Source: Candidatus Latescibacterota bacterium (GTDB lineage Bacteria; Latescibacterota; UBA2968; UBA8231). Taken from it: a stretch of DNA of 64,000 bases. The stretch is taken from the NCBI GenBank assembly GCA_965223905.1, contig CBDCXV010000009.1, positions 608,001 through 672,000 of the forward strand. The letters are read 5' to 3'. Below the pieces are notes generated by a model. That model had not been told where the DNA came from. It did no database searches and worked only from the letters and a program-made list of their open reading frames with translations. Made by a program: the position numbers and the translations under genes. Shown here piece after piece: positions 11,706 through 21,250 of the stretch (its first letter is position 1; the number at the start of each line of letters is the position of its first letter).

Positions 11706-13766
11706 GTGATCATGCCGGAGAAAGCCCGCGAGCGAGTCCGGCGGCTGGCCCGGCCTTTCGGGAGAGCACTGGCTCCGCACTTCTTCTGTTTCCTGCTGGC
11801 CCTCCCCGGTTGCACGGTAAAGAGGCCCCAGGTTCCGATACTCGATTTAACGGTGAGCATCTCGGTCGCCGACGATACGACGACGATTCGCGACGTCGCC
11901 AAGCGCACGGAGTTTCTGCGGATCGACTCCGACGACCGCCTGGCTCTCGATTTCAGCAGCGAGTTCGACGGGGGTGCCCAAGTCGGAGACAGCCTGCAGG
12001 TGACCCCGGAGCAGGGCACCTTCCGCACCCGGCTCGGGCCGATCTCGATCCCAGGTCAGGGAATTCCCGTTACCGATATCTCCCTGAGCAGCCTGCTGGG
12101 AAAAGAGATCCCGGAAACCGACTCGGCGGTACCGCTTGCGGGAGCCGATTTCGAAACCGAGGTCCGGTTCACACTCGAAGACGCGACCTCGCTGACAATC
12201 GAGGAGGGCGGCCTCGACCTGTCCATCCACAGCAAGCTGCCGATGCCGGTCGCAATGAAGCTGGTCCTGGTCGACGCCGGCAAAGGGGGCGTCGCCGTGG
12301 AGGAGGTCGACTTGGGAAGCATCGCTCCCGGCGGCTCCGCTACCGCCTCTTTCGACTTGAGCGGAAAGAGGATTTCGGGCTCCTTGGTGTTCCGCGTCTC
12401 CGGGGCCACGGATGAAGCCGAGGTGCAGATCCAGGGGGAGCCCGCCCTGGAGATTTCGGGCGTTCTGCGCGACCTGACAGTGAGCGAGGTCACCGGGCTG
12501 ATTCCGCAACAGGTTTTGGCCGGCACCCATTTCCTGGAGATTGCCGACGACCGCATCCGCGCTACCCGGGCCCAGATCAGGGAGGGAGCTATCGCTCTCG
12601 AGGTCGGGAACGTCACCTCAGTCCCCTTGTCGGTTACTCTGACACTCGACGACCTGCGCGCGTCCACCGGGGAGATCCGCACCTTCACCGTCGACAAGCT
12701 CCTTCCCGGCGAGGAAAAGCAGGTTCTCTTCGACCTCGCCGGCAACGAGTTCGCTCCCCTGGATCCGCTTTCGATCCGGCTTTCCTGGGAGGCCAGGACG
12801 CTGGCGACGGAGACCGAGGCGACCCTGCGGTCCGACGACGGGTTGCAGGTAGAGGCACGTCCCGGAACAATCCTGTTCAACCGTCTGGAGGGGACTCTCG
12901 ACAGGGTGGAGCTGCCAATGAATACGGTCACCGATACCATCGACTTTCCGAACGGCCTGAATCAAGTCGCGCTGAGCTCCACCTCGCTCGCCGTCTTCGT
13001 GACCTCGGCAGCCGCGTACAGCAGCGAGGTGAATCTGTCGATCACCGGCACCAACCGGTGGGGGGAAAGCAGCACCCTGTTGGATTCAGAGGTTCTGCCA
13101 CCAGGAAATCCGGACGCCCCGGTCAGCATCGCGATCGAACGGGACTCCGAGGACCTGATCAGCTTCATGAACCTGCTGCCCACCGAAATCACCATCGTCC
13201 CGGAGGTCTTCCTCGGCGACGGCGCCAGCGCCGGTGAAATCGAGGCCGATGACTGGGTCAGGCTCGACAGCCTCGTGTTCGATGTTCCGGGGCGCTTCCG
13301 GATCACCGGCGATACACGGATCGAGCCGGATCCCGTGCACCGCGAGTTCTCGGACGACGAATGGCGGCGGCGCATTCGCTCCAACCTCAAGAGCGCCTCG
13401 GTCACAACGAAGATCGAGAGCCACATTCCCCTGGGATTGACGGTCAGCGTCCAGGTCGGCAGGACCGCGGAAGAGGTGTACAGGAATCCTGTGCTGACCA
13501 TACCGACCGACGGAACCGGCTTCGGCGTCGCCTCGGCTCTCGTCGACGACCAGGGCCGGGTCGTCGCAACGACGCGGTCCGAGAAGGTCGTGGAGCTCAC
13601 GGCAGAGGACGTTCTGGTCTTCCTGGAGGAGGGAGGAGTCTACTCCGGAGTGCTCGTGCAGATCGAGAGCACGGACGGCGACATCGAGCTGTTCGGCAGC
13701 GATTTCTTCACCGTGCAGGCGGGGGCGCGGATCTTCATCGAGCTGAACGAGAGCCTGGTGGAGTAA
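11706..13766 (+). CDS. Large beta-rich putative lipoprotein, unknown function
   Basis: 686-aa ORF with lipobox-like LALPG-C; acidic, beta-strand rich, with internally repeated motifs. Confidence 0.7.
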   Translation: MIMPEKARERVRRLARPFGRALAPHFFCFLLALPGCTVKRPQVPILDLTVSISVADDTTTIRDVAKRTEFLRIDSDDRLALDFSSEFDGGAQVGDSLQVTPEQGTFRTRLGPISIPGQGIPVTDISLSSLLGKEIPETDSAVPLAGADFETEVRFTLEDATSLTIEEGGLDLSIHSKLPMPVAMKLVLVDAGKGGVAVEEVDLGSIAPGGSATASFDLSGKRISGSLVFRVSGATDEAEVQIQGEPALEISGVLRDLTVSEVTGLIPQQVLAGTHFLEIADDRIRATRAQIREGAIALEVGNVTSVPLSVTLTLDDLRASTGEIRTFTVDKLLPGEEKQVLFDLAGNEFAPLDPLSIRLSWEARTLATETEATLRSDDGLQVEARPGTILFNRLEGTLDRVELPMNTVTDTIDFPNGLNQVALSSTSLAVFVTSAAAYSSEVNLSITGTNRWGESSTLLDSEVLPPGNPDAPVSIAIERDSEDLISFMNLLPTEITIVPEVFLGDGASAGEIEADDWVRLDSLVFDVPGRFRITGDTRIEPDPVHREFSDDEWRRRIRSNLKSASVTTKIESHIPLGLTVSVQVGRTAEEVYRNPVLTIPTDGTGFGVASALVDDQGRVVATTRSEKVVELTAEDVLVFLEEGGVYSGVLVQIESTDGDIELFGSDFFTVQAGARIFIELNESLVE

Positions 13767-13782
13767 CCGGGGCCGGCGAGAG

Positions 13783-15201
13783 ATGACCGGGAAACCGAAG
13801 GCCGGCATGCTTTCCATCCACTGGCGGGAAACAGCCACCGCGATGGTGCTGACGCTTGCCCTTGAAGGTTCCCTGTTCGCTCTCAGCGACACCGAACCTC
13901 GGGCGCTGGCGCTTGGGCAGGCGTACACCGCTTTGGCGCGAGGGCCGGAAGCGGTCTTCTGGAATCCCGCCAACCTCGCCCTGGGCGGGGAGCCGAAATT
14001 AAAATGGGAGCTGTTTGGCGCCGGTCTGACCCTGATAACGGAAAACAACAGCTTCTCCGTCCGCACCTACAACGAAAACTTCACCGACGACACTCACAGG
14101 ATCGGGAGAGCCGAAAAGGAGAAGCTGCTCGGGGATATCCCCGCGGACGGGATGAGGTTCAACGCCGACCTGGTGCCGTTCCTTTCCGCCGGTCTGCCGG
14201 TAAACGGGGGCATCTCCTTTCCGCTGAGGAATGGAATTCAGGCCGCGGTCACCACGAACGTCGCCTTCGGGATGGAGGGGGAAATGCCGAAGGATATGTT
14301 CGAGCTGATGCTGTTCGGCAACGAATTCGACCGCCCCTACGAAATCGCCAGGTGGGACGGGTCATCCTGGCTTGTCGGGGGGGTGAACTTTGCGGGGGCG
14401 AAACCCTGGATGCCCGACAGGTTGGCTTCGCACCTGCGCGAATTCACCGTTGGGGGGACCCTGAAGATCTCAGGAGGGGCCTACGGCGAAATCACCCGGT
14501 CGGATGGCGGCATGATCTCACGCATCCAGGGAACCGACCTGGAGGGGTTTGCGCTCGTCCGGCGCAGCGGCGGCCTCGGCTTCGGGGTGGACTTCGGGGT
14601 GGCCGGCGTCACCACGGACGGCAGGACCACCTTCAGCGTCGGCATGCTGAACCTTGTGGATTTCATCAGCTGGAGCATCCGATCGCGACAGGACTCGGTG
14701 TATGCAAAGGCGACCAGGCTGCGGGTGACCCGCTTTCTCGAGCCGGACCAGGTGCGGATGAGGGACGTGCTCGAGAACGAGGACATCGACGGCGACGGCG
14801 ATCCCGATTTTCGCGAGAAGCTCAGCGAGGACGGCTTCTCGCGCTCGCTGCCGGCGATGCTGCGCGCGGGTATCGCACACTGGCCGATGCCCCACATGAC
14901 GGTGGTCGGCAACTACGACCAGGCCTTGAGCTCCGGGTTCGGGATATCCCCCGTTCCCAAGATCTCGACCGGGGCGGAGTACCGCCTTGTGCCGTGGTTT
15001 CCGACGCGAATCGGTTTTTCGATCGGGGGACGCAGCAGCAGCACGGGTGTCGGTTTCGCCTTCGGGCCGTTCAACGTCGGGCACGCGCAGCTCGAGTTTT
15101 TCGATCTCGCGCTGGTGACTCGCGGGGGATTGCTGCCGGGCTTTTCGAAAGGCTCCGCCATGTCGGTCATGTTCTTCCGCTTCAATTTTATTAATGCCTG
15201 A
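13783..15201 (+). CDS. Outer-membrane beta-barrel protein (FadL/PorV/DUF5723-like)
   Basis: Signal peptide; PRALALGQAYTALARGPEAVFWNPANLA is the FadL/PorV-type N-terminal motif; amphipathic strands near the C-terminus. Confidence 0.7.
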   Translation: MTGKPKAGMLSIHWRETATAMVLTLALEGSLFALSDTEPRALALGQAYTALARGPEAVFWNPANLALGGEPKLKWELFGAGLTLITENNSFSVRTYNENFTDDTHRIGRAEKEKLLGDIPADGMRFNADLVPFLSAGLPVNGGISFPLRNGIQAAVTTNVAFGMEGEMPKDMFELMLFGNEFDRPYEIARWDGSSWLVGGVNFAGAKPWMPDRLASHLREFTVGGTLKISGGAYGEITRSDGGMISRIQGTDLEGFALVRRSGGLGFGVDFGVAGVTTDGRTTFSVGMLNLVDFISWSIRSRQDSVYAKATRLRVTRFLEPDQVRMRDVLENEDIDGDGDPDFREKLSEDGFSRSLPAMLRAGIAHWPMPHMTVVGNYDQALSSGFGISPVPKISTGAEYRLVPWFPTRIGFSIGGRSSSTGVGFAFGPFNVGHAQLEFFDLALVTRGGLLPGFSKGSAMSVMFFRFNFINA

Positions 15202-15269
15202 ACGACTCCCCCTTTCACCCACGGCCGGTAAGTGTCTCCGAATCACCATACTCTTCTGACCGCGAGGCG

Positions 15270-15563
15270 ATGATGAGGTTCGTAACCATCAAGGATCTCC
15301 GTTCCAGAACCGCAGCCATACGCAAGGATCTGGCTGCCGACGAAGAGATCGTAGTGACTGCAAACGGCCGGCCCGTCGCCCTGCTCACCGCGGTGGACGG
15401 CGACAACCTCGAGCAGGAGCTTCTGGCCCATCGCCGGTCGCGCGCGCGGGCGGCCCTCGATCGAACGCGCAATCAGGCCTCTGCGGCTGGAACATCGGAC
15501 ATGCCGATGAGCAAGGTGGAGGAGGTCGTGGCGACGGCCCGCAAGGGCGTGGAACGGAAATAG
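15270..15563 (+). CDS. Phd/YefM-family antitoxin
   Basis: FVTIKDLRSRTAAI...EIVVTANGRPVALL; upstream of a PIN gene. Confidence 0.85.
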   Translation: MMRFVTIKDLRSRTAAIRKDLAADEEIVVTANGRPVALLTAVDGDNLEQELLAHRRSRARAALDRTRNQASAAGTSDMPMSKVEEVVATARKGVERK

Positions 15564-15638
15564 TGCCCCTCCGCGCCAGCCAGTTCCCTTAAAGGCTCCG
15601 CGCCGGATTTTGTCGATCCATTCCTGAGGCAGGACGAG

Positions 15639-16046
15639 TTGCGGGCCTTCTTTGACACCAACGTCGTCATCTCCGGTCTCCTGTCCTCCACGGGCACATG
15701 TGGCAGGTTGCTCGACCTGGTCCTGGAATCAGCGGTCGTACTGTGTTTGGGCTCTCGAATTCTCACTGAGTACCGGGAAGTCGCCCGGCGCCCCGAGTTG
15801 GGGATCGATGCCATCGATGCCAACCGGGTGCTGGATTTCCTGGAGACAAGCTCCATCCCGGTCATCGCCCTGCCCCTGCAGGAGGTGCTTCCCGACTCGG
15901 ATGATCTGCCGTGGCTCGAGGTCGCTGCTGCAGAAGGTGTACCACTGGTGACCGGGAATATCCGGCACTATCCCAAACGCTCGAGGTGCGGAGTGACGGT
16001 CTTGAGTCCCCGTCAGTTCCTCGACCGTCTACGTGGCGAGGCGTGA
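15639..16046 (+). CDS. PIN-domain toxin
   Basis: FFDTNVVISGLL, ILTEYREV, PDSDDLPWLEVA, LVTGNIRHY. Confidence 0.88.
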   Translation: MRAFFDTNVVISGLLSSTGTCGRLLDLVLESAVVLCLGSRILTEYREVARRPELGIDAIDANRVLDFLETSSIPVIALPLQEVLPDSDDLPWLEVAAAEGVPLVTGNIRHYPKRSRCGVTVLSPRQFLDRLRGEA

Positions 16047-17537
16047 AGCTTCTCCGTTTTCGCCCAGCCGCGCCGCGATCCGGGTGAACTGCTCAAGCGC
16101 CGCCTCGAGGTCGTCGGCGATCTCCGCGGCGATGACGTCGGGCGCCGGCAGCGAGTCGGTGTCGGTCAGGCTCTCGTCCTTGATCCAGAACAGGTCGAGG
16201 CTCAGCTTGTCGCGCTTCTGCAGGTCCTCGTAGTCGTAGCAGCGCCAGCGGCCGGCCGGGTTGTCCTCGCTCCAGGTCTCCGCGCGCTCGTACATGCGGC
16301 CCGGCTTGTAGCATTCGACGAACTCGTCGAAGTCCTCGCGCCGGATCGGCTTCTGCTTCAGCGTGAAGTGCATGTTGGTGCGCAGGTCGTAGACCCACAG
16401 CCGGTCGGTCTAGGCCTCGGCCCGGCCCTCCTTCTTGTCGAAGAAGATCACGTTGGCCTTGACGCCCGGCGAGTACCAGATGCCGGGCGGCAGCCGCAGC
16501 AGGGTGTGGACGCGGCACTTCTCCAGCAGGTTGCGGCGCACCCTTTCTCCCGCTCCGCCCTCGAAGAGCACGTTGTCCGGCAGCACCACGCCGGCGCGGC
16601 CGTCGATCTTCAGCAGGCTGTAGATGTGCTGCACGAAGTTGAGCTGCTTGTTGCTGGTGGAGGTCCAGAAGTCCTCGCGGACGACGACCGGATCCTCCTT
16701 CTCCGTGTCGCCTTCCTCGTTCACGAAGAGCAGGCTCTGCTTCTTGCCGAAGGGCGGATTGGCGAGGACCATCGAGTACTCGCCGCCCCACGGGGCCGAG
16801 AGGCTGTCGTGGCCGGTGTGCACGACCACCTCCTCGCCGCCGATGCCGTGTAGGTAGAGGTTCATGGCGCACATGCGGCCGACCTTGGGCGAGATCTCCA
16901 TGCCCTCCACCAGATCGGTCTGGAGAGCCCGCTTCTCGTCGCGGTCGAGGCCGCTCTCGTACCGGTCCAAGACGTACTGGTAGGCGTTGCACAGGAAGCC
17001 GCCGGTGCCCGCCGCCGGATCGCAGATACGGTCCCCGGGCGCCGGCTGCATGACCTCGCACATGGCCTGGATGACCGGGCGCGGCGTGAAATACTGGCCC
17101 GCACCGCGCGAGGACTCCTGGGCCGAACGGGAGAGCAGCTCCTCGTAGATCGTGCCCTTCACATCCACCGGCAGGGACAGCCAGTCCACCTGATCGAGGA
17201 GGTTGGCGATGAGCTGCTTCAGGCGAGCCGGGTTACGGATCTCGCAGCGCGCGCCCCTGAAGATGACCCCAAGCATTCCGCGCTCGGCCCCCAGCGTCTC
17301 CAGGCTCTTTCGGTACTGATCTTCAAGCGCCGCGCCGTCGAGCGGCAGCAGCGCCTTCCAGCCGAACTCCGGAGGAACGAGCGTTTCGCGCTCGTAGGGC
17401 GGCTCGGTGAGCTGGTCCGCCATCTTGAGGAAGAGCAGCAGGGTCAGCTGCTCGACGTACTCGAAGCAGGAGAGCCCGTCGTCCCGCAAGACGCCGGCGT
17501 AGTTCCAGGCCCGCTTGCCGATTTGCGATGCGTCCAT
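16029..17537 (-). pseudogene. hsdM: Type I restriction-modification methyltransferase subunit with in-frame TAG
   Basis: GAGQYFTPR, DPAAGTGGFL, ANPPFG; TAG at 16410-16412, then the same frame continues TDRLWVYDLRTNMHFTLKQ to 16029. Confidence 0.9.
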
Positions 17538-17540
17538 TGC

Positions 17541-17935
17541 TCAGACCGTGATGGCCAATGGATGCCCGATGAGCTGCCGGTCCGTGGTGAGGAGCCTGAG
17601 GTCCTCTTCCTGGGCCTGAGCAGGAGTAGCTCGTCGAAGGGGTCTCTGTGGGAGAGAGGGGTCTGCAGCTCGCAGGCGGCGTGACGCTCGGTCATCGGCA
17701 CAAAGGTTATGTCCAGTCCTTCGAGCGCGGCGACCACCTCGGCGGGGTCGAAGGGGCTCTTGCGCTCGCCGGACGCTCGACGAGCGTGGTACTTCAGCCG
17801 CATTTCCCAGATCGAAACGGCGCTCACGTAGAGACGGGGAACCCGTTCATCGAGGATTCGTTGCACGGTTTCCGAGAACTGTCCGGGCGCCGCCATGAAC
17901 CCGTAGAGGTAGAACGTGTCGAGAAGAATGCCCAC
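17541..17935 (-). CDS. VapC/PIN toxin with a 1-nt frameshift near 17620
   Basis: ILLDT, VSAVSIWEM, HRDPFDELLL; the shifted frame continues QAQEEDLRLLTTDRQLIGHPLAITV* (stop at 17541). Confidence 0.85.
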
Positions 17936-17946
17936 GGCAATCCCGC

Positions 17947-18228
17947 CTATTCCTCACCCTCGAGACCGAGCACTCGACGGCTGAAGGCCGCGTCCTCGAA
18001 GTCCGCCTTCCAGGCGGCCACCTCTTCCGGCGAGGCGTCCTTGATCCCGAGGCGGCGACGGTTTGCGTTCAGCCGGTCCCAGTCAAATCCGCGGCGCTGC
18101 TTTCGTTCACAGCGCACGAGTTGAACGGCCGGCTCGCCGTTCCTGGTAATCACCACTCGTTCGCCGTTCTCGGCCGCGGTGACCAACTCGGCGAGGCGGG
18201 TCTCCGCCTCATGCAGGGCCAGTTCCAT
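17947..18228 (-). CDS. Phd/YefM-family antitoxin, copy 3 (adjacent to vapC)
   Basis: EAETRLAELVTAAENGERVVITRNGEPAVQLV; AGGAG RBS. Confidence 0.9.
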   Translation of the reverse strand: MELALHEAETRLAELVTAAENGERVVITRNGEPAVQLVRCERKQRRGFDWDRLNANRRRLGIKDASPEEVAAWKADFEDAAFSRRVLGLEGEE

Positions 18229-18273
18229 GGGTCCATGCTCCTGAATGTGTGATATCGATGCTGAGCCTCCTGC

Positions 18274-18540
18274 CTATTCCTCTTCCTCGAGTCCGAGCAC
18301 TTCGCGGCTGAAGGCGGGAGCGTCGAATTCCTTGGGCCACCTCTCTTCGTCCCCCTTGATTCCGAGACGACGGCGGTCGGCGTCCAGTTTCTCGAAGTCG
18401 ATGCCGCCGCGCTTCTCGTTGCAGCGCACGAGCTCGACGGCTGGCTCGCCGTTCGTGGTAATGACGACCCGCTCGCCGTTCTGAGCAGCGGTAACCAGAT
18501 CCTTGAGACGGGCCTCCGCTTCCTGTAAAGTCAGCTCCAT
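18274..18540 (-). CDS. Phd/YefM-family antitoxin, copy 2 (orphan)
   Basis: EAEARLKDLVTAAQNGERVVITTNGEPAVELV; paralog of the 17947-18228 gene. Confidence 0.9.
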   Translation of the reverse strand: MELTLQEAEARLKDLVTAAQNGERVVITTNGEPAVELVRCNEKRGGIDFEKLDADRRRLGIKGDEERWPKEFDAPAFSREVLGLEEEE

Positions 18541-18560
18541 GGTCTATTCTCCTGATGAGA

Positions 18561-18629
18561 TCAGCCAGTGTCGAGGGTATCTGCCATCTCGCGACCCTTG
18601 GTAAGGGACGTGTCCAAGAGGATTTCCAC
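18561..18629 (-). pseudogene. 5' remnant of a vapC toxin
   Basis: GTG start just after antitoxin copy 1 encodes (M)EILLDTS, paralleling (M)GILLDTF of the full-length vapC; stops after 22 codons. Confidence 0.6.
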
Positions 18630-18643
18630 CGGTAGCTCCCTGC

Positions 18644-18921
18644 CTATTCCATGATCTCAAGCCCTAGCACGCGGCGGCTGAGGGCGGAGTCGCGAAAGGC
18701 CGCCATCATCGCCTCCACTTCTCCCGGCGGGGCGTCCTTGATCCCGAGACGGCGACGGTTGGCGTTCAGGCGGTCCCAGTCCAGACCGCCGCGCTGCTTT
18801 CGTTCACAGCGCACGAGTCGGACGCTTGGCTCCCCCTTGGTGATGACAACTCGCTGGCCGTTCTCAGCTGCGGTGACGAGTTCGCAGAGGCGGCCTCCGC
18901 TTCTTGCAGGGTCAGCTCCAT
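18644..18921 (-). CDS. Phd/YefM-family antitoxin, copy 1 (1-nt frameshift near 18890)
   Basis: ATG at 18921 gives MELTLQEAEA; the shifted frame continues RLCELVTAAENGQRVVITKGEP...SRRVLGLEIME*. Confidence 0.85.
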
Positions 18922-19249
18922 GGTTGGTGCTCCTCATGTTGCGATGTCCGGGGGCGGCGCCGCGTCTTGCCGCCGGCCCTTGCAGATCGCCCGGCCGTGG
19001 CCGCCTTCTCTTCGCGTGCTTCCCGCTCGGCGGCGATGCGCTCCAGAAGCTTGGAGGCCGGCTCGTCATGTGGATGCTGGGGTACGAGCCGGCCGCTGAA
19101 GGCGTGCTTGAGGATGGCCTGGCGAAGGTTTTTGGCGCCCTCCAGCTTGGTCCCGATGTCGGCTTCGAGACGCTCGAGGATAGAGAGTTGGTCGTCGAGG
19201 ATGTCTGTGATAGCTGCCTGCTCTCGTAGCGGAGGAAGCGGGACCAAGG
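18912..19249 (-). pseudogene. hsdS: HsdS 3' fragment (second conserved region)
   Basis: VPLPPLREQAAI...NLRQAILKHAFSGRLVPQHPHDEPASKLLERI. Confidence 0.9.
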
Positions 19250-19435
19250 TTGACTCCCTCGTAACAACCCCGTTTTCAAGACAGAGATTTTTTCTTGAAA
19301 CTTAGTTTCACCAACATGAAAAAGAATCGGGAATGCGCCGCAATTCAAGCTGCTTCAGCGCTCTATCGTCCGATGGCCTCGAATCGGGCTTATACGGCCT
19401 TTTTCCGGCACCGAAAGGGGCCTCCGTTCCCTTTT

Positions 19436-21151
19436 TCAGCCCATCGCCGGAGCTATGGCTTCGGGTTTGGGCGTAAGCGCCCGCACCATTCTCTTGATAT
19501 TGCAGGCCAGCGCTTTCAGGTAGACGGCCAACTCCACGCGCCAGCGTCCGCGCACGCGCAGGGCGCCCAGTCCGTGTCTTCGTTTCAGTTCCGAGACCGT
19601 GGCCTCGATGCCGGCGCGAATGCGATAGCGCTCCTTGAAGGCGCCGCTGGCCAGGGCGCGGCGGCGGCGTTCGAGGTTGGCCGCCCTCAGGTCCACGGGT
19701 ACGGCGTAGCCGTCCCGGGTCCTGTTCAGTTTCACCGGACAGACGGCAAGCAGGGCGCAGCTCTCACAGGCCTCGCGCTCGAAGGTCAGGGCCACATGAT
19801 GGGACTTGCCCTCACACGGCGTTTGCTCTCTGGCCAAGTGTCCGGCCGGGCAGATGGCCGGATCCCGGAGACGGGCATCGACGAGGAAATCGGCCCGGGT
19901 CACCGTTTCGGGCCGCTCCTCGACGTCGACCTGCGGGCCTTTGACCGGGCTGACCAACTCGGTGCCCAGGCGCTCGGCGGCCACGGCATTGTCGCCGGAG
20001 CCGAAGGCGGTGTCGGCGACCAGCTCGTCGGGTCGCTGCCCGCGCTCTTCGAGGGCCTCCAGCACCGGCATCGTCGCGTGCTCGTCACTGGCGCAGGCAT
20101 CGGTCACCGCTACGTGGGTGATCATGTTCACGGTGTCAGTCTTGTCGTCGTCGGCCTTGTCATCGTCGGCCTCGACGCAGGTCTCGGCGATCTGCACCTC
20201 ATACCCTTTGCCCTTGCGGCCGTTGTAGGTGGCCTCGGCATCATGAGGGCTTTGCAGCGAGTCGCTGCCGACGTGCTCAGGCGCCTTCAGCGCCACCGGC
20301 ACGCCGCCTTCGCCGGCGTCGTCCTCCTCCTCCGAGGAGTGCTGCTTGTCCGCGATCACCTCACACTGCTCCCACAGCAGGCGCTGCAGCAGCGCGTAGG
20401 ATGCCAGGCCCTCGGCCGCCGTGCCCGCACACAGCTGATGGAGACGATACAGGTCGCGGGCGCACACCGGCAGCCGCCTCTTGCCCGTGCCGGAGGGCGC
20501 GTCCTGGTAGGCCGTGGCGCTGCCGTCCTTCTTCAGGTAGCGAAGGCGCAGGCGCTTCGGCACCCGCCCGTACAGGCGCGGATGCTGCGACGCCAGGGTT
20601 TTCAGAAAATGACGGATCGTCTCACAGAAAAGGCCCAGGCGCGTCAACACCTCGATGTTGCTGATCACGTGGGTGGAGTCCAGACGCTGTCGAGTGACCT
20701 TCGTACCCAACGCTTGGAGAATGCCATCCGTGGTCGCCTCGAACGCCTGCCGGCCGCCGTCATGGGCCAGCAAGCGGGCGCGGAAGTTGTGCAGCGTCAG
20801 GACGTTGTTAGTCCTCGTCTTCTGCGCCAGGTGGGCCTCGTCCGGAGTCAGCTCCAGGGCGTGCTGCCACAACAGGCTGAACTCCAGCTGCTCCAGCGCC
20901 TCGGCGTCGGTCAGAGCAAACATCTCCTTGAGCAGAAGAACGCCCAAGACCGTCGCCACCGGTTGGTTGGGACGACCGTTGTCGTCGCAATACAAGGGCG
21001 CGAACTGTTCTTCGTCGATCAGCGGCAAGGCGTGCGCGCGAAAGGTCTCGGCCCAGGTCGCCTGCAGGCGCCGCTGCTTGGCCGGAGGCACCAGGTTGCG
21101 ACTCTCGAACAGGGTGCGTTGCGAATCCTTCGTACGAAACATCAGCCCCAT
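19436..21151 (-). CDS. DDE transposase (DUF772-like N-terminus, IS1182-like)
   Basis: GRPNQPV, QRLDSTHV, SLQSPHDAEATY, GKGYEVQIAETC, VADTAFGS, YRIRAGIEATVSELKR. Confidence 0.9.
   Translation of the reverse strand: MGLMFRTKDSQRTLFESRNLVPPAKQRRLQATWAETFRAHALPLIDEEQFAPLYCDDNGRPNQPVATVLGVLLLKEMFALTDAEALEQLEFSLLWQHALELTPDEAHLAQKTRTNNVLTLHNFRARLLAHDGGRQAFEATTDGILQALGTKVTRQRLDSTHVISNIEVLTRLGLFCETIRHFLKTLASQHPRLYGRVPKRLRLRYLKKDGSATAYQDAPSGTGKRRLPVCARDLYRLHQLCAGTAAEGLASYALLQRLLWEQCEVIADKQHSSEEEDDAGEGGVPVALKAPEHVGSDSLQSPHDAEATYNGRKGKGYEVQIAETCVEADDDKADDDKTDTVNMITHVAVTDACASDEHATMPVLEALEERGQRPDELVADTAFGSGDNAVAAERLGTELVSPVKGPQVDVEERPETVTRADFLVDARLRDPAICPAGHLAREQTPCEGKSHHVALTFEREACESCALLAVCPVKLNRTRDGYAVPVDLRAANLERRRRALASGAFKERYRIRAGIEATVSELKRRHGLGALRVRGRWRVELAVYLKALACNIKRMVRALTPKPEAIAPAMG
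20795..20819. repeat. 17-bp insert with 5-bp inverted ends, flanked by a 4-bp duplication, inside the transposase
   Basis: CGTC-[AGGAC GTTGTTA GTCCT]-CGTC. Confidence 0.7.
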
Positions 21152-21250
21152 CCACTAGAGAGGAAGTGTGTGACGGATTGGTATACACCAATATACCAAG
21201 AACCCCTGATTATCAGGGCTGTGAAGGGGGGGTTTTTACGAGAGAATCAA

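Larger units (their letters stand above)
19250..21250. mobile_element. IS element (IS1182/ISNCY-like), about 2.0 kb
   Basis: Terminal inverted repeats ttgactccctcgtaacaacc (19250-) and ggtttttacgagagaatcaa (-21250) match 17/20; no flanking direct repeat. Confidence 0.85.

Noticed and set aside
16410-16412. TAG in hsdM as pyrrolysine or stop-codon reassignment
   Set aside because: TAG ends normal genes here (dnaX, alaS, antitoxins), no pyl genes are seen, and a single TGG>TAG change explains it
17947-18921. Antitoxin array as integron cassettes
   Set aside because: No attC-like sites recognised between the units and no integron integrase in the window
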